64,000 bases of DNA from an uncultured Hyphomicrobiaceae bacterium (GCA_937873575.1 CALMPK010000336.1:26624-90623), one strand, 5' to 3'; positions 10,200 to 20,069 are shown, numbered from the stretch's first letter. The notes: generated by a model from the sequence alone, not told the origin. Numbers and translations are program-made.

Positions 10200-10320
10200 T
10201 TTAAGGGAGGGGGAGGGGATATCAAGATAAAGAACACGTGCTGCGGCTGATTTAATGTATTGATATTATTGTTATATTTTGTGTATGCACGATTCAGTGC
10301 ATACGTCAGGCGACGGTCAA
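10200..10320 (+). other. Candidate oriT (AT-rich tract with inverted repeat upstream of the relaxase gene)
   Basis: This is the most AT-rich stretch of the element. An 8-bp inverted repeat, GTATGCAC (10283-10290) and GTGCATAC (10297-10304), lies about 110 nt upstream of the relaxase start. Confidence 0.45.
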
Positions 10321-10415
10321 GCCATTGAAGCAACTACGCGTTTTCGGTCCCATCTTGCAACTTGGCGATCACTCTACATGTCGATTGCGGCAAACCGCAA
10401 TTGCAGGAGTGCGCC

Positions 10416-12161
10416 ATGTCCAACGACGACTTCAAACCCAGGCTCGGCCGCATTCGCGACGACGGCCGCGCCAAAGGCATCCGCCATTCCACGCGCGTGA
10501 TCGGCGAGGCCGTCCGCAATGCCGCCCGCCCCCTGCGGCGCAACGGCCACATCGACCCGAACGCGCATCGTCGCGGGCTCGCGCACGGCGCGATCTCGGC
10601 GTCGGGTATCTTCACGCCCGGCGCCCGGCGCGTGATCGTCAAGGCGCGCTACAGCCGTTTGACCGGCGGCAACATCGGACCGGCGCAGGCGCACCTGCGC
10701 TACGTCCTGCGCGATGGCACCACGCGCGAGGGGACGCCCGGCCGGCTCTATGACGTGGCCGGCGATGACGCCGACGCGCATGCGTTCCTCGAGCGCTCGG
10801 AGCAGGACCCGCACCAGTTCCGTTTCATCGTCGCGCCCGAGGACGGCGCCCGGCTGACCGACCTCAAGCCGGTCATCCGCGATCTGATGCGGCAGGTGGA
10901 GCAGGATCTAGGGACCACGCTCGATTGGGTCGCGGTCGATCACTTCAACACTGGCCATCCGCACACTCATGTCGTCGTGCGCGGCCGTGACACGCAGGGG
11001 CGGGACCTCGTAATGGCCCGCGACTACATCAGCCACGGCATCCGCGCCCGCGCTCAGGATCTCGTCACCTTGGAGCTAGGTCCGGAAACCGAACTCGAGC
11101 GGCTCGCCAAGCTTGGCAACGAGGTCGGCCAGGAGCGGCTGACGCGGCTCGACCGTTCATTGCTCGTCCGCGCCAAGGACAACGTGCTGGTGCTGACCGG
11201 GCGCGACGAGGCCGACGCTGCGCGCCACACCATGCGGCTCGGACGCTTGCGGACCCTTGAGCGCATGGGGCTTGCCACCGAGAAGCAAGCCGGTGTCTGG
11301 GCGCTCGATCCGGAGATCGAGGTCAAGCTGCGCCGGCTCGGTGAACGCGCCGACAAGATCAAGATGATGCAGCGCGCGCTGGCCGAGGCCGGTGTCGAGC
11401 GCATGCCCGGTAGCTATGCCCTGTTCGATCGTGGTAGCCGCCGGCACCCGCTCACCGGCAAGGTCATCGGCGTCGGCATGATCGACGAGATCACCGATCG
11501 CACCTGGACCGTCGTCGACGGTATCGACGGCCGCGTGCACTACGTCGAACTCGGCCGGCTGACGCCCGACAAGGTGCCGCGAAGGGGCGACGTGGTGCGC
11601 ATCTCGGCCGACCGCCTCGAAGGCAAGCCGCAGGCGGCGCCACGCCTCGCCGTGTTGTCCCGCTCTGCTGGCGAGTCGTTGCCGGGCTACGACGGCCCGA
11701 CCTGGCTCGATCACATCGTCGCCACCGGCGATCCCACCCTGCAGCCGCGCGGCGGATTCGGTGGCGAGGCCGCGCGCGATCTCGAGGCTCGCCGTCAGTG
11801 GCTGATTGCCCAGGATCTCGGCCGCGCAAGCGCCGATGGCCGCTTCGAGCTGCGCCCCTCGGCGCCGGCCCAGCTGCGGCAGCGCGAGCTGCAGCGCATC
11901 GCCGCCGAGATCGGCCGCGCCGGCAACGTCGAGGTCCTGATCAGCCGGCCCGGCGAGCGCGTCACCGGCGTCTACGAGCGCGCGATCGACACGCCGACCG
12001 GCCGACACGCCGTGCTGCGCCGGCAGGATTCGATCACCATCGCGCCCTGGACCGCTGCCCTCAAGCCAATGCGCGGCCGTGCCGTCACCGGCCTCGTGCA
12101 GCCCGCCAAGGTGGCGTGGACGCTCGACCGCGGTCGTGCGCTGCCGGGTCACGTCAGGTGA
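10416..12161 (+). CDS. Conjugative relaxase (relaxase/mobilisation nuclease domain plus DUF3363-type C-terminal region)
   Basis: MSNDDFKPRLGRIR N-terminus and His-cluster HFNTGHPHTHVVVRG, typical of this relaxase family. Confidence 0.85.
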   Translation: MSNDDFKPRLGRIRDDGRAKGIRHSTRVIGEAVRNAARPLRRNGHIDPNAHRRGLAHGAISASGIFTPGARRVIVKARYSRLTGGNIGPAQAHLRYVLRDGTTREGTPGRLYDVAGDDADAHAFLERSEQDPHQFRFIVAPEDGARLTDLKPVIRDLMRQVEQDLGTTLDWVAVDHFNTGHPHTHVVVRGRDTQGRDLVMARDYISHGIRARAQDLVTLELGPETELERLAKLGNEVGQERLTRLDRSLLVRAKDNVLVLTGRDEADAARHTMRLGRLRTLERMGLATEKQAGVWALDPEIEVKLRRLGERADKIKMMQRALAEAGVERMPGSYALFDRGSRRHPLTGKVIGVGMIDEITDRTWTVVDGIDGRVHYVELGRLTPDKVPRRGDVVRISADRLEGKPQAAPRLAVLSRSAGESLPGYDGPTWLDHIVATGDPTLQPRGGFGGEAARDLEARRQWLIAQDLGRASADGRFELRPSAPAQLRQRELQRIAAEIGRAGNVEVLISRPGERVTGVYERAIDTPTGRHAVLRRQDSITIAPWTAALKPMRGRAVTGLVQPAKVAWTLDRGRALPGHVR

Positions 12162-12183
12162 GCGTATGGCGGATGCAGACCGG

Positions 12184-12264
12184 TCTGCACGCGACTGCCC
12201 GCATCTGCACGCGTTTCACCGCAATCCCATCTGCCGCGCACATCGGCGCTCCGGCATCCTGATC
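12184..12264 (+). repeat. Intergenic repeat copy A
   Basis: TCTGCACGCGACTGCCCGCATCTGCACGCGTTTCACCGCAATCCCATCTGC ... CGCTCCGGCATCCTGATC, between the relaxase and ridA. Confidence 0.8.
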
Positions 12265-12363
12265 GCGCGTGTCGGCCCGGCACGCAGGCAACGTCGCCGC
12301 AGGCCTCGACAGAGGTAGAGCGCGACACGCCACACCGCCAACACGTCAGCGAAAGCCATCGCC

Positions 12364-12840
12364 ATGCCGAAACTCGCCACCGTCGCCACAGCTCTCTCGA
12401 TCGCCTTCACCGCGCCCGCCTTCGCTCAGCAGCCGGCGCCTCCCGGCGTGCGGATACTGGCGCCGGCAGGCGCAATCAAGCCGACCGGCACCTGGGGCCT
12501 CGCCAGCCGCGCCGGCGATTTCCTCTATATCGCCGGTATGCGCGGCATCGATCCCAGGACCGATACGCTGGTCGCCGGCGACGAGGCGCGCGTGCGCCAG
12601 GCGTTCCGGAACATGCAGATGATTGCAGAGTCTGAAGGCACGACGTTGAAGGATACTGTCCGCCTCGTCGTCTACGTCATCGACATGTTCCGCTACCGGC
12701 CGATCGTCAACAAGGTCCAGTCCGAGTTGTGGGGCAACGGCCCCTATCCGCCGCGCACCATCGTCGAGGTGCAACGGCTGAACCAGGACGACATCGTCGA
12801 GGTCGAAGGCACGTTCTGGGTCGGCCGGCCGCACGGTTGA
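12364..12840 (+). CDS. RidA/YjgF-family protein with N-terminal signal peptide
   Basis: Signal peptide ending AFA-QQ. RidA core (FLYIAGMRGIDP, RTIVEVQRL, VEVEG). Confidence 0.8.
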   Translation: MPKLATVATALSIAFTAPAFAQQPAPPGVRILAPAGAIKPTGTWGLASRAGDFLYIAGMRGIDPRTDTLVAGDEARVRQAFRNMQMIAESEGTTLKDTVRLVVYVIDMFRYRPIVNKVQSELWGNGPYPPRTIVEVQRLNQDDIVEVEGTFWVGRPHG

Positions 12841-12988
12841 TCCGCCCCCGCGAAGTCCCTCTGCGCGCGCCGCGTCTGCATCCAGGCCGGGCGTAGCGCG
12901 GCGCGCCTGCGCTGATCGCGCAGCCGAAGCGCTGCGTGCGCAGCCAGCGTCAGATCCGTTCCCGCAACAGCCAGAATCGAGGTCACCC

Positions 12989-14317
12989 TTGCCCACCTCT
13001 CGTCAGCTCCATCTCTTCGCCTTCCTGCGCCCGGTCGCCATTCACACCGGCGGCTGGCGCTATCCGGGCGCCTATCCCGACGCCAACTTCAACTTCGCGC
13101 AACTGAAGCGCTTTGCGCAGCGGCTCGAGGCGGCGCGGTTCGACGCCGTCTTCATGGCCGATCACCTCGCGGTGCTCAACATGCCGATGGAGGCGCTGAA
13201 GCGCAGCCACACCGTCACCTCGTTCGAGCCCTTTACGCTGCTGTCCGCGCTCGCCGCCGTCACCGAGCGCATCGGTCTCGTCGCTACCGCCTCGACCACC
13301 TTCGATGCGCCGTTCCACATCGCGCGGCGCTTCGCCTCGCTCGACCATCTGAGCGGCGGCCGCGCCGGCTGGAACATCGTCACGACCGCCAACCCCGACG
13401 CCGCCCTGAACTTCGGTCTCGCGCAGCACATAGCGCATAGCGAGCGCTACGATCGCGCGCGCGAATTCTTCGACGTGGTCACCGGACTCTGGGATTCCTT
13501 CGCCGACGACGCGTTCGTGCGCGACCAGGAGACCGGCATCTACTTCGATCCGGAAATGCTCCACGTCCTCGACCACAAGGGGCCGCGTCTCTCCGTGCGC
13601 GGTCCGCTCAACATCGCCCGTCCCGTGCAGGGGTGGCCGGTGATCGTCCAGGCTGGCGCCTCCGACGATGGACGCCGGTTCGCTGCCGAGACGGCCGAGG
13701 TGGTATTCGCCGCGCACGACACGCTGGCCGCAGGACAGGCATTCTACGCCGACGTGAAGGACCGCGCCGCGCGTGCCGGCCGCGATCCCGATGCCATCAG
13801 GGTCCTGCCGGGTACCTTCATCGTGGTCGGCGACAGCATCGACGAGGCGCGGGAGAAGCGCGCGATGCTCGACAGCCTGGTGCACGCCGACAGCGCGACC
13901 GCCGCGCTGTCGGTCACCCTCGGCCACGATGCGGCGAGCCTCGATCCCGACGCGCCGCTGCCCGAGATCCCGGAGAGCAATGCGAGCAAGGGCAACCGCG
14001 CGTTCGCTGTCGAGCTGGCGCGGCGCGAAGGCCTGACCGTGCGCCAGCTGGCGCAGCGACTCGGCGGCTATGCGGGGCTCGCCTTCGTCGGCACACCGCG
14101 AATGATCGCAGATGAGATCGAGGACTGGCTCGCCGCGCGCGCCTGCGACGGGTTCAATGTCATGTTCCCGTATCTGCCCGCGGGTCTCGACGACGTCATC
14201 GACAAGGTGATTCCGGAGCTGCAGCGGCGCGGCTTGTTCCGCCGAGACTATCCAGGCATGACGCTGCGGGAGACGCTTGGGCTGTCGCGTCCAGGCAACA
14301 GGTTTTTCGCTCAGTGA
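12989..14317 (+). CDS. LLM-class flavin-dependent monooxygenase (NtaA/DszA/SnaA-like)
   Basis: N-terminus QLHLFAFLRPVAIHTGGWRYP and DAVFMADHLAV; roughly 440 aa, typical of the NtaA/DszA subgroup. Confidence 0.85.
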   Translation: MPTSRQLHLFAFLRPVAIHTGGWRYPGAYPDANFNFAQLKRFAQRLEAARFDAVFMADHLAVLNMPMEALKRSHTVTSFEPFTLLSALAAVTERIGLVATASTTFDAPFHIARRFASLDHLSGGRAGWNIVTTANPDAALNFGLAQHIAHSERYDRAREFFDVVTGLWDSFADDAFVRDQETGIYFDPEMLHVLDHKGPRLSVRGPLNIARPVQGWPVIVQAGASDDGRRFAAETAEVVFAAHDTLAAGQAFYADVKDRAARAGRDPDAIRVLPGTFIVVGDSIDEAREKRAMLDSLVHADSATAALSVTLGHDAASLDPDAPLPEIPESNASKGNRAFAVELARREGLTVRQLAQRLGGYAGLAFVGTPRMIADEIEDWLAARACDGFNVMFPYLPAGLDDVIDKVIPELQRRGLFRRDYPGMTLRETLGLSRPGNRFFAQ

Positions 14318-14396
14318 TGCCTCGACGATCGATCCCGGACGGCGGCATCGGACGTGCCCGTCAGGCAACGAGCACTAGCGCTGAGACGGGAGGTGC

Positions 14397-14430
14397 GGGC
14401 AGAGTTAATCCCTGGCAGAAAACTCTGCCC
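14397..14430. terminator. 10-bp perfect inverted repeat between convergent genes
   Basis: GGGCAGAGTT (14397-14406) pairs with AACTCTGCCC (14421-14430). It overlaps the TAA stop of the TIR-WD40 gene. There is no clear U-tract. Confidence 0.35.
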
Positions 14431-17400
14431 CCAACAGCACCCGGCGTTGATCGGGGGTGAGGCGGCGCGGCAGCGACGTGCATGCAAAGGCGGTGATCTC
14501 CGCTGAATTCCGCAACAGCGGCCACACGAAGCTTCGTGTCACCTCGCCGAAAACGAAGCTGGCGGTGATCAGCCGGCGGCCATCTGCCGTCAGCGCCACT
14601 CCGCTCACGCTCTGGTCTTCGCCGGATATCAGTGCCACCGGTTTGCCGGAAGCGGCGTCCCACACGATGACCTTGGCCTCCGAAACTCCGACCTGCTGAT
14701 CGGTATCGACACTGTTCTCGGTGATCACGGCCGAGGTCACGATGCGCTTTCCATCGACCGTGTATTGGGCGCTGCGCACGAAATCCCCATGCCCGGAGAG
14801 CGTCCTCACATGACGCCCGCTGCTCGCCTCCCAAATCTTGGCTGTCCGATCATACGACGCCGTCACCACGTACCGGCCATCGGGCGAGAACCTGGCATCC
14901 TGGAGTGAACCCTGGTGCGCATGAACCGCATAGACTGTCTCTCCCGAGAGTTCGGCCAGATGCCTCCCCGACAGCACATCGTAGGTATGCACCGAGCTCC
15001 CGGTCCGCGTGAGCGCGACGGCGCCCGCCGTGTCGAAACGAAGTGTACCGGCGAATGCCGCTTCGGGTTGCACGAGGCGCGGCTTTTCCTCACCGACGCG
15101 CCAGATCATCAAGCTGTCATTAGACGTTGTAATGAACAACGTACGTCCGTCCGGCGACCATTGCACGTCTCGCACATCCCCCGCATCGAGCTGCAGGCGA
15201 TGGACCGTGGTGGCCGTCGCTGCGTCCCAGATCGCGATCCGCCGCTCGTCGGCGTAGGCAATCTGCTGCGCGTCGGGCCGGATCGTCGCGACCCGGATCG
15301 AACCAAAGTCGTTGGCTGCGGCAATGTCAAACGCTTGTCCAGTCGTGAGGTCGAGAACACGCAAGCCCCCGGTCTGCGCGCCGAAAGCGACGCGAGGCGC
15401 CGAACCAGATGAGAGCGACCAACTTTCGATCGCCGTGCTGACGTCGCCGAGATCAACGAGGTTTCGTTGGTTGACGAGATCCCATAGGACGAGCCGGCCT
15501 TCGCCTGCGATCAGCAAGGCGTTCGTGCCGGCTACGAAAGAAAGCACCGTTGGCTTTCGGCCGAGCTCGAAGTGGGCGACTTCGACACCCGTGCTCAAGA
15601 GCCAGACTCGCGTCGTCCCCGTGTCCGTCGCCGTGGCGACCAGCCGCTCGTCAGGCGATACCGCCACGAAGTCGATCGAAACCTTGGCACCGTGATCGAG
15701 GACACCGGGAGCCAGCACTGCCTCGCGCGACCACAGATGAATGTCGTGCCGGTCCGAAATGACTCCCGACGAGGCGGTTGCGAACCGCTTGCCACCGTCG
15801 TCTGAAATGGCGCGTTCGAGCCGATCGCCGTGTCCCGCAAAAACGAGGGAGGGGTGCCCGTTTGTCGTATTCCAAACGACTGCCTTTCGATCGTCGGATG
15901 CGGAGATCAATTCGCTGGCGTCGGCGGAGAAGCTCAGCATGTTGGGCTGCAAAGGGTAGTCGCCATCGCGCCGGCACGGCGTATTGAGCAGATGGCGCAG
16001 ACGCTGGTGCGTGACATCCCAGAGCTCGACGCAATTGTCCCAGCGGCCGACAGCAACGAGCTCGCTATTCCCGCTGATCGTTGCTCTCAGGATCGAGCTC
16101 CGTCCTCGCGGCAGCGATACGAGCGGGGCTCCGGCGAGACCATACCAGACTTGAACGCCATCTGCGTCAGCTGCGAGCAATCTGCGTCCATCGCCAGAGA
16201 ACGCCAGGCTTCGAATGGATTTCCCCAATTTATAAAAGGGCGCAGGTGCACTGTCATTGTCGCGCCCGACGCGCAGAATCTGTCCATCGACGAGCCCGAT
16301 CATCGCCACCGCCTCAACTGGCGACCACACGAAGGCGCTCGCTTCGATCGGTAACTTGTGATCGAGCACGACGCTCCCCGAACGCACATCCGCCAGGAGC
16401 ACCCGCCATGACGTCCCGCCCGCCTGCTCATCTTTCCCAATCAGCGCTACTCGATCGTCGCCCGTCGACATGTAGGCTGCCTGCCAAGGACCTGCCGGCA
16501 ACGTGGCCGACACCCTCACCACACTGCTGTCGGTGTGGAATTCAACGACCTTGCCGTCGTCGAGTACTGCCATCCCAGGACCGTCGGTCCCGCCCAACCT
16601 CGACACCGCCAGCGGCTTCGCGTCGAGATCGAGCTTGCGAAGCTCTGTCGCTGTCTCGGCATCCCACACCCGGATCGTCTTGTCCCGGCTGGCGCTGATC
16701 ACGCGACGACCGTCCCCGGTGAAGCGCAGCTCGCTGATCGTGCCGTCATGACCGCGCAAGACCCCCCGCTCGCGCAACTCCGTAAGTGACCGGAACAGTG
16801 CGGCCTGCGCCTCGGGGACATCAGGACCGGGCAGCCACGCGGAGCGTTGCGGTAGCGCCTCGAGGGCCACCAGTGCGGCGCTGGCATGGTCTCCGCTGTC
16901 GGACAGACGCTGCGCGGTATTGATGATTGCCAGCGCGCGGGCGAGTTGGGAAAGCTGGCTCTGCTGGTAGGCGACGGCCGCGGCGACGGCCACCCCCGAC
17001 ACGACGAGTCCGATCACCGTCGCGGCAGTCGTCCACAGGCGAGCCCGGCGGCGCGTCTCTTCCCGGGTCAGCTCGGGAATGAGCCAGCGCGGAACTTCGA
17101 ATAGCCGCGCGACGACCTTTAATAACTCAGTCTCCAGCGACTGCACGCGACGAAGACTGAGCCAGCGCCAGGGTGCGGCCTGAAACGCCCGCAGGTCGAC
17201 CCAGTCCCAACGCTCCGATAGTCCGGCGAGACTGGCCGGCAGACGTTGCAGATCGCCACTTGGCGGCAGCACCAGAATGATTCGGCTGGGATCGCCATGG
17301 AGCTCGACAAATGTTCGGATCTCGCGCTCGACCCAGTTCTCGCCGCCATCTGCAAGTCGCTCGAATGCGCCTGCCGAGGCTAGGACGATCAAGTATCGGC

Positions 17401-17695
17401 TCGCACGTAGCGCGGGCTCGATGTTGTTCACCCAGAAGTCCTCGTTCGCAACCTGATAAGCAGTATCGAGAAAGAACTGCCGGGAATGCGCGAACACGTC
17501 CTTTTGCTTCGGGGTGAGGCGGCGCAGCAGTGCTTGAGGCGGCCGATACTGTGTCAGCCGCGACCGGAGCCAAGCCGCGACACCGGCACTGTCCTTGCGT
17601 CGATAGGAGATGAACGCGTCGAACCTGTCGTCTGCGGTGTGCCGCGAAAGCCCGTCCCTCTCTCCATCGATCGTACTATCCAACGCGCTCACCAT
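14405..17695 (-). CDS. TIR domain - single TM helix - WD40 repeat protein
   Basis: TIR motifs FDAFISYRRKD and ENWVEREI (W-x3-E). Arg-rich stop-transfer segment plus TM LWTTAATVIGLVVSGVAVAAAVAY (nt 16967-17038). Then about 850 aa of WD40 repeats (for example LRGHDGTISELRFTGDGRRVISASRDKTIRVWD). Confidence 0.85.
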   Translation of the reverse strand: MVSALDSTIDGERDGLSRHTADDRFDAFISYRRKDSAGVAAWLRSRLTQYRPPQALLRRLTPKQKDVFAHSRQFFLDTAYQVANEDFWVNNIEPALRASRYLIVLASAGAFERLADGGENWVEREIRTFVELHGDPSRIILVLPPSGDLQRLPASLAGLSERWDWVDLRAFQAAPWRWLSLRRVQSLETELLKVVARLFEVPRWLIPELTREETRRRARLWTTAATVIGLVVSGVAVAAAVAYQQSQLSQLARALAIINTAQRLSDSGDHASAALVALEALPQRSAWLPGPDVPEAQAALFRSLTELRERGVLRGHDGTISELRFTGDGRRVISASRDKTIRVWDAETATELRKLDLDAKPLAVSRLGGTDGPGMAVLDDGKVVEFHTDSSVVRVSATLPAGPWQAAYMSTGDDRVALIGKDEQAGGTSWRVLLADVRSGSVVLDHKLPIEASAFVWSPVEAVAMIGLVDGQILRVGRDNDSAPAPFYKLGKSIRSLAFSGDGRRLLAADADGVQVWYGLAGAPLVSLPRGRSSILRATISGNSELVAVGRWDNCVELWDVTHQRLRHLLNTPCRRDGDYPLQPNMLSFSADASELISASDDRKAVVWNTTNGHPSLVFAGHGDRLERAISDDGGKRFATASSGVISDRHDIHLWSREAVLAPGVLDHGAKVSIDFVAVSPDERLVATATDTGTTRVWLLSTGVEVAHFELGRKPTVLSFVAGTNALLIAGEGRLVLWDLVNQRNLVDLGDVSTAIESWSLSSGSAPRVAFGAQTGGLRVLDLTTGQAFDIAAANDFGSIRVATIRPDAQQIAYADERRIAIWDAATATTVHRLQLDAGDVRDVQWSPDGRTLFITTSNDSLMIWRVGEEKPRLVQPEAAFAGTLRFDTAGAVALTRTGSSVHTYDVLSGRHLAELSGETVYAVHAHQGSLQDARFSPDGRYVVTASYDRTAKIWEASSGRHVRTLSGHGDFVRSAQYTVDGKRIVTSAVITENSVDTDQQVGVSEAKVIVWDAASGKPVALISGEDQSVSGVALTADGRRLITASFVFGEVTRSFVWPLLRNSAEITAFACTSLPRRLTPDQRRVLLGAEFSARD

Positions 17696-18394
17696 GTGAA
17701 TCGCACTTCTTCAGATCCGGACAATTCAAGTGAACCTGACCCATCCAGCACCGGTCAACATGATAAGCCTGGCTCAGGCAGCACAGGTGGATCGGGACAG
17801 GACGTCGGTGCCGTGCAGACACCCTCGCCAATATCGGTCGCGAGACTGATATGATGCTTCTGTCGGAAGATCTCGGCGCCCCGCGGCCCAAGTGGGCCGC
17901 GGCCGGGCTCTAGTCCGCGGCGCCTGCGATAACACGGAATGGCTGACGATGACTGAGGCCGCGGACCCGAGCCCCGCGTGCCGCGGGTCTCGGCCCATTC
18001 GGGTAACGATCCCATGGCGCGGACCACGATGACAACGACGGCCACGGCAAGCACGCGACCGTGACGACCATGCGCTACTGCCGGACTCACCACGAGGCAG
18101 GCCCGCGTGCCTCCCTCGCGGAGCCGTCCCCCCTGACGGGGCCGGAGGCAAGGGACGGCTCCGCGAGGCAGGCACACGGCAACGCGCTAGACCCTTCCAA
18201 GGGAAGGGCCTTGGACTTTTTGTGGGTCGATTTCGATGCCGGGATTTCGATATCGATTGCAACATTATGTGATTGAAAATGCCGCAGAAAACCGATGAAA
18301 ATGATAGAACAAAAGAAGAACTTGTGGTAGTGTTTTGAGACTGAGATCAGCGCTGAATTTCTCAGGTTTGGTTCCACGTTTTGGAGTGTGCGTC

Positions 18395-19354
18395 ATGACC
18401 CAAGTCATGGAAAGCAGCAGCGCGAAATCACGATCCAACATCTACGAGACGATCACCACGAAAATCCTCGCGGCCATCGAATCCAATCCCGGCGATCCGG
18501 TACTGCCCTGGCAGCGCGGCGGCTTCAATCCGACGTTACCCATCAATGCCACCACGCAGGCCGCCTATCGCGGGATCAATATTCTGTCGTTGTGGGTGTC
18601 GGCGCTGGAGCGCGGTTACGAGTCCGGCGAGTGGGCGACGCTGAAACAGTGGAACGCCATCGGCGCGAACGTGCGCAAGGGCGAGCACGCGAGTCCCATT
18701 GTCTTCTATCGCGAGTTCGAGGTGCGAAGTGATGCATCGCAACCGCGCGACAGCAGCGCGGGCGACAGCAGCGACAGCGATACCGAGCTTCGCCGCATGG
18801 CGCGCGGCTATTGGGTGTTCGCCGCGGAGCAGGTCGACGGATACACGCCCGCGACCGCGCTGCCGCCGAACCCGATCCAGCGCATCACAGCGGCCGAGGC
18901 CTATTTCGACGCGACCGGCGCGAAGGTGATCGTCGGCGGCACACAGGCCTGCTATCGCCCATCGACCGACACCATCCACATGCCCGACGAGGCGCGGTTC
19001 CTCGGCAAGGATGGACGCACCCGTACCGATGCATGGTATCGCGTGCTCAGCCACGAGACGGCGCATTACACGTCAGCACCGCAGCGCTGCAACCGCCAGC
19101 TCGGCAAGCGGTTCGGTGATGATCAGTATGCGATGGAAGAATGCATTGCCGAGACGGCTGCATGTTTCATCTGTGCCCGTCTCGGCATCAGCGGTGAGCC
19201 ACATCCCGATCATGCCCGCTATATTCACCACTGGATCAAGGTGATGAAGGCCGACGCCCGGGCGATCTTCGCTGCCGCCGCCAAGGCGCAGGAGGCCGTG
19301 GCCTACCTCGACAGCTTGCAGCGAAGCGCGGCCGCGCAGCAGCGCGCCGCCTGA
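18395..19354 (+). CDS. ardC: ArdC-like antirestriction protein (ssDNA-binding N-domain plus zincin metalloprotease domain)
   Basis: NIYETITTKILAAIE...PW N-domain. HETAH (HExxH) metalloprotease motif and C-terminal YIHHWIKVMK. Confidence 0.85.
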   Translation: MTQVMESSSAKSRSNIYETITTKILAAIESNPGDPVLPWQRGGFNPTLPINATTQAAYRGINILSLWVSALERGYESGEWATLKQWNAIGANVRKGEHASPIVFYREFEVRSDASQPRDSSAGDSSDSDTELRRMARGYWVFAAEQVDGYTPATALPPNPIQRITAAEAYFDATGAKVIVGGTQACYRPSTDTIHMPDEARFLGKDGRTRTDAWYRVLSHETAHYTSAPQRCNRQLGKRFGDDQYAMEECIAETAACFICARLGISGEPHPDHARYIHHWIKVMKADARAIFAAAAKAQEAVAYLDSLQRSAAAQQRAA

Positions 19355-19445
19355 TCACGACACATCGCAAGCCATGCCGACCGGCGCGCCCCCGTGCGCC
19401 GGAACGGCCGACCACGTTCCATCCGCCACAGAACGGAGTGTGACG

Positions 19446-19640
19446 ATGCCGAGTCTGTTCACAGTCGCCAAGCCGTGCCGATGCGGTTCCGGTGAGCCGC
19501 GCCGCGAGCTTCGCGATGCGCACAACATCTTCTGCGCGTTCGTCTGCGACGCCTGCGAGGCCCAGAAGCGTGCCGAGTTCGATCCCCGCATCTTCACCGC
19601 CAATCCCTATCCGGCCGACGAGCCGATCGAGGAGGACTGA
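19446..19640 (+). CDS. Small Cys-rich hypothetical protein
   Basis: 64 aa with CRC...C..C..C spacing. GGAG lies 8 nt upstream of the ATG. The ORF track allows a longer form starting at 19374. Confidence 0.45.
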   Translation: MPSLFTVAKPCRCGSGEPRRELRDAHNIFCAFVCDACEAQKRAEFDPRIFTANPYPADEPIEED

Positions 19641-19643
19641 GCC

Positions 19644-20018
19644 ATGACGCAGCAAGCCCCGACATCCGCAACGGCAAGTGCCAGCGTCGATGCAGCCCGC
19701 GCGGCCAAGATCGCCGCGCGCAACGATGCCCTGCGACGCGACCGGCTCGGCGGACACGTCGTGATGACCGCCGCCGTCGCCGCCTTGCCGCCCGATACCC
19801 TGGCCGCCGCGATCCTCGCACTGCGCCGGTTCGACGACTTCACGCCTGACAATGATCCCTATGGGGAGCACGACTTCGGCGCGTTCGAGCACGCGGGCGA
19901 GCGCTTCTTCTTCAAGATCGATACTTATGCCGATGCCACGCTGACATTCGGTGCAGAAGACCCGCTCGCATCGGGAGTCGTCCGCGTCCTGACGCTGATG
20001 CTCGCCAACGACTACTGA
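19644..20018 (+). CDS. DUF3768 domain protein
   Basis: FTPDNDPYGEHDFGAFEHAGERFFFKIDTY is the DUF3768 signature. Confidence 0.8.
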   Translation: MTQQAPTSATASASVDAARAAKIAARNDALRRDRLGGHVVMTAAVAALPPDTLAAAILALRRFDDFTPDNDPYGEHDFGAFEHAGERFFFKIDTYADATLTFGAEDPLASGVVRVLTLMLANDY

Positions 20019-20069
20019 CTAACCGCCCGCACCATTGTTCAACCTCTCCCAAATGGAAGGAGACCCGTC

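Noticed and set aside
12983-14368. 461-aa ORF antisense to the LLM monooxygenase gene
   Set aside because: It has the same artefact composition, and the + strand product has clear family motifs.
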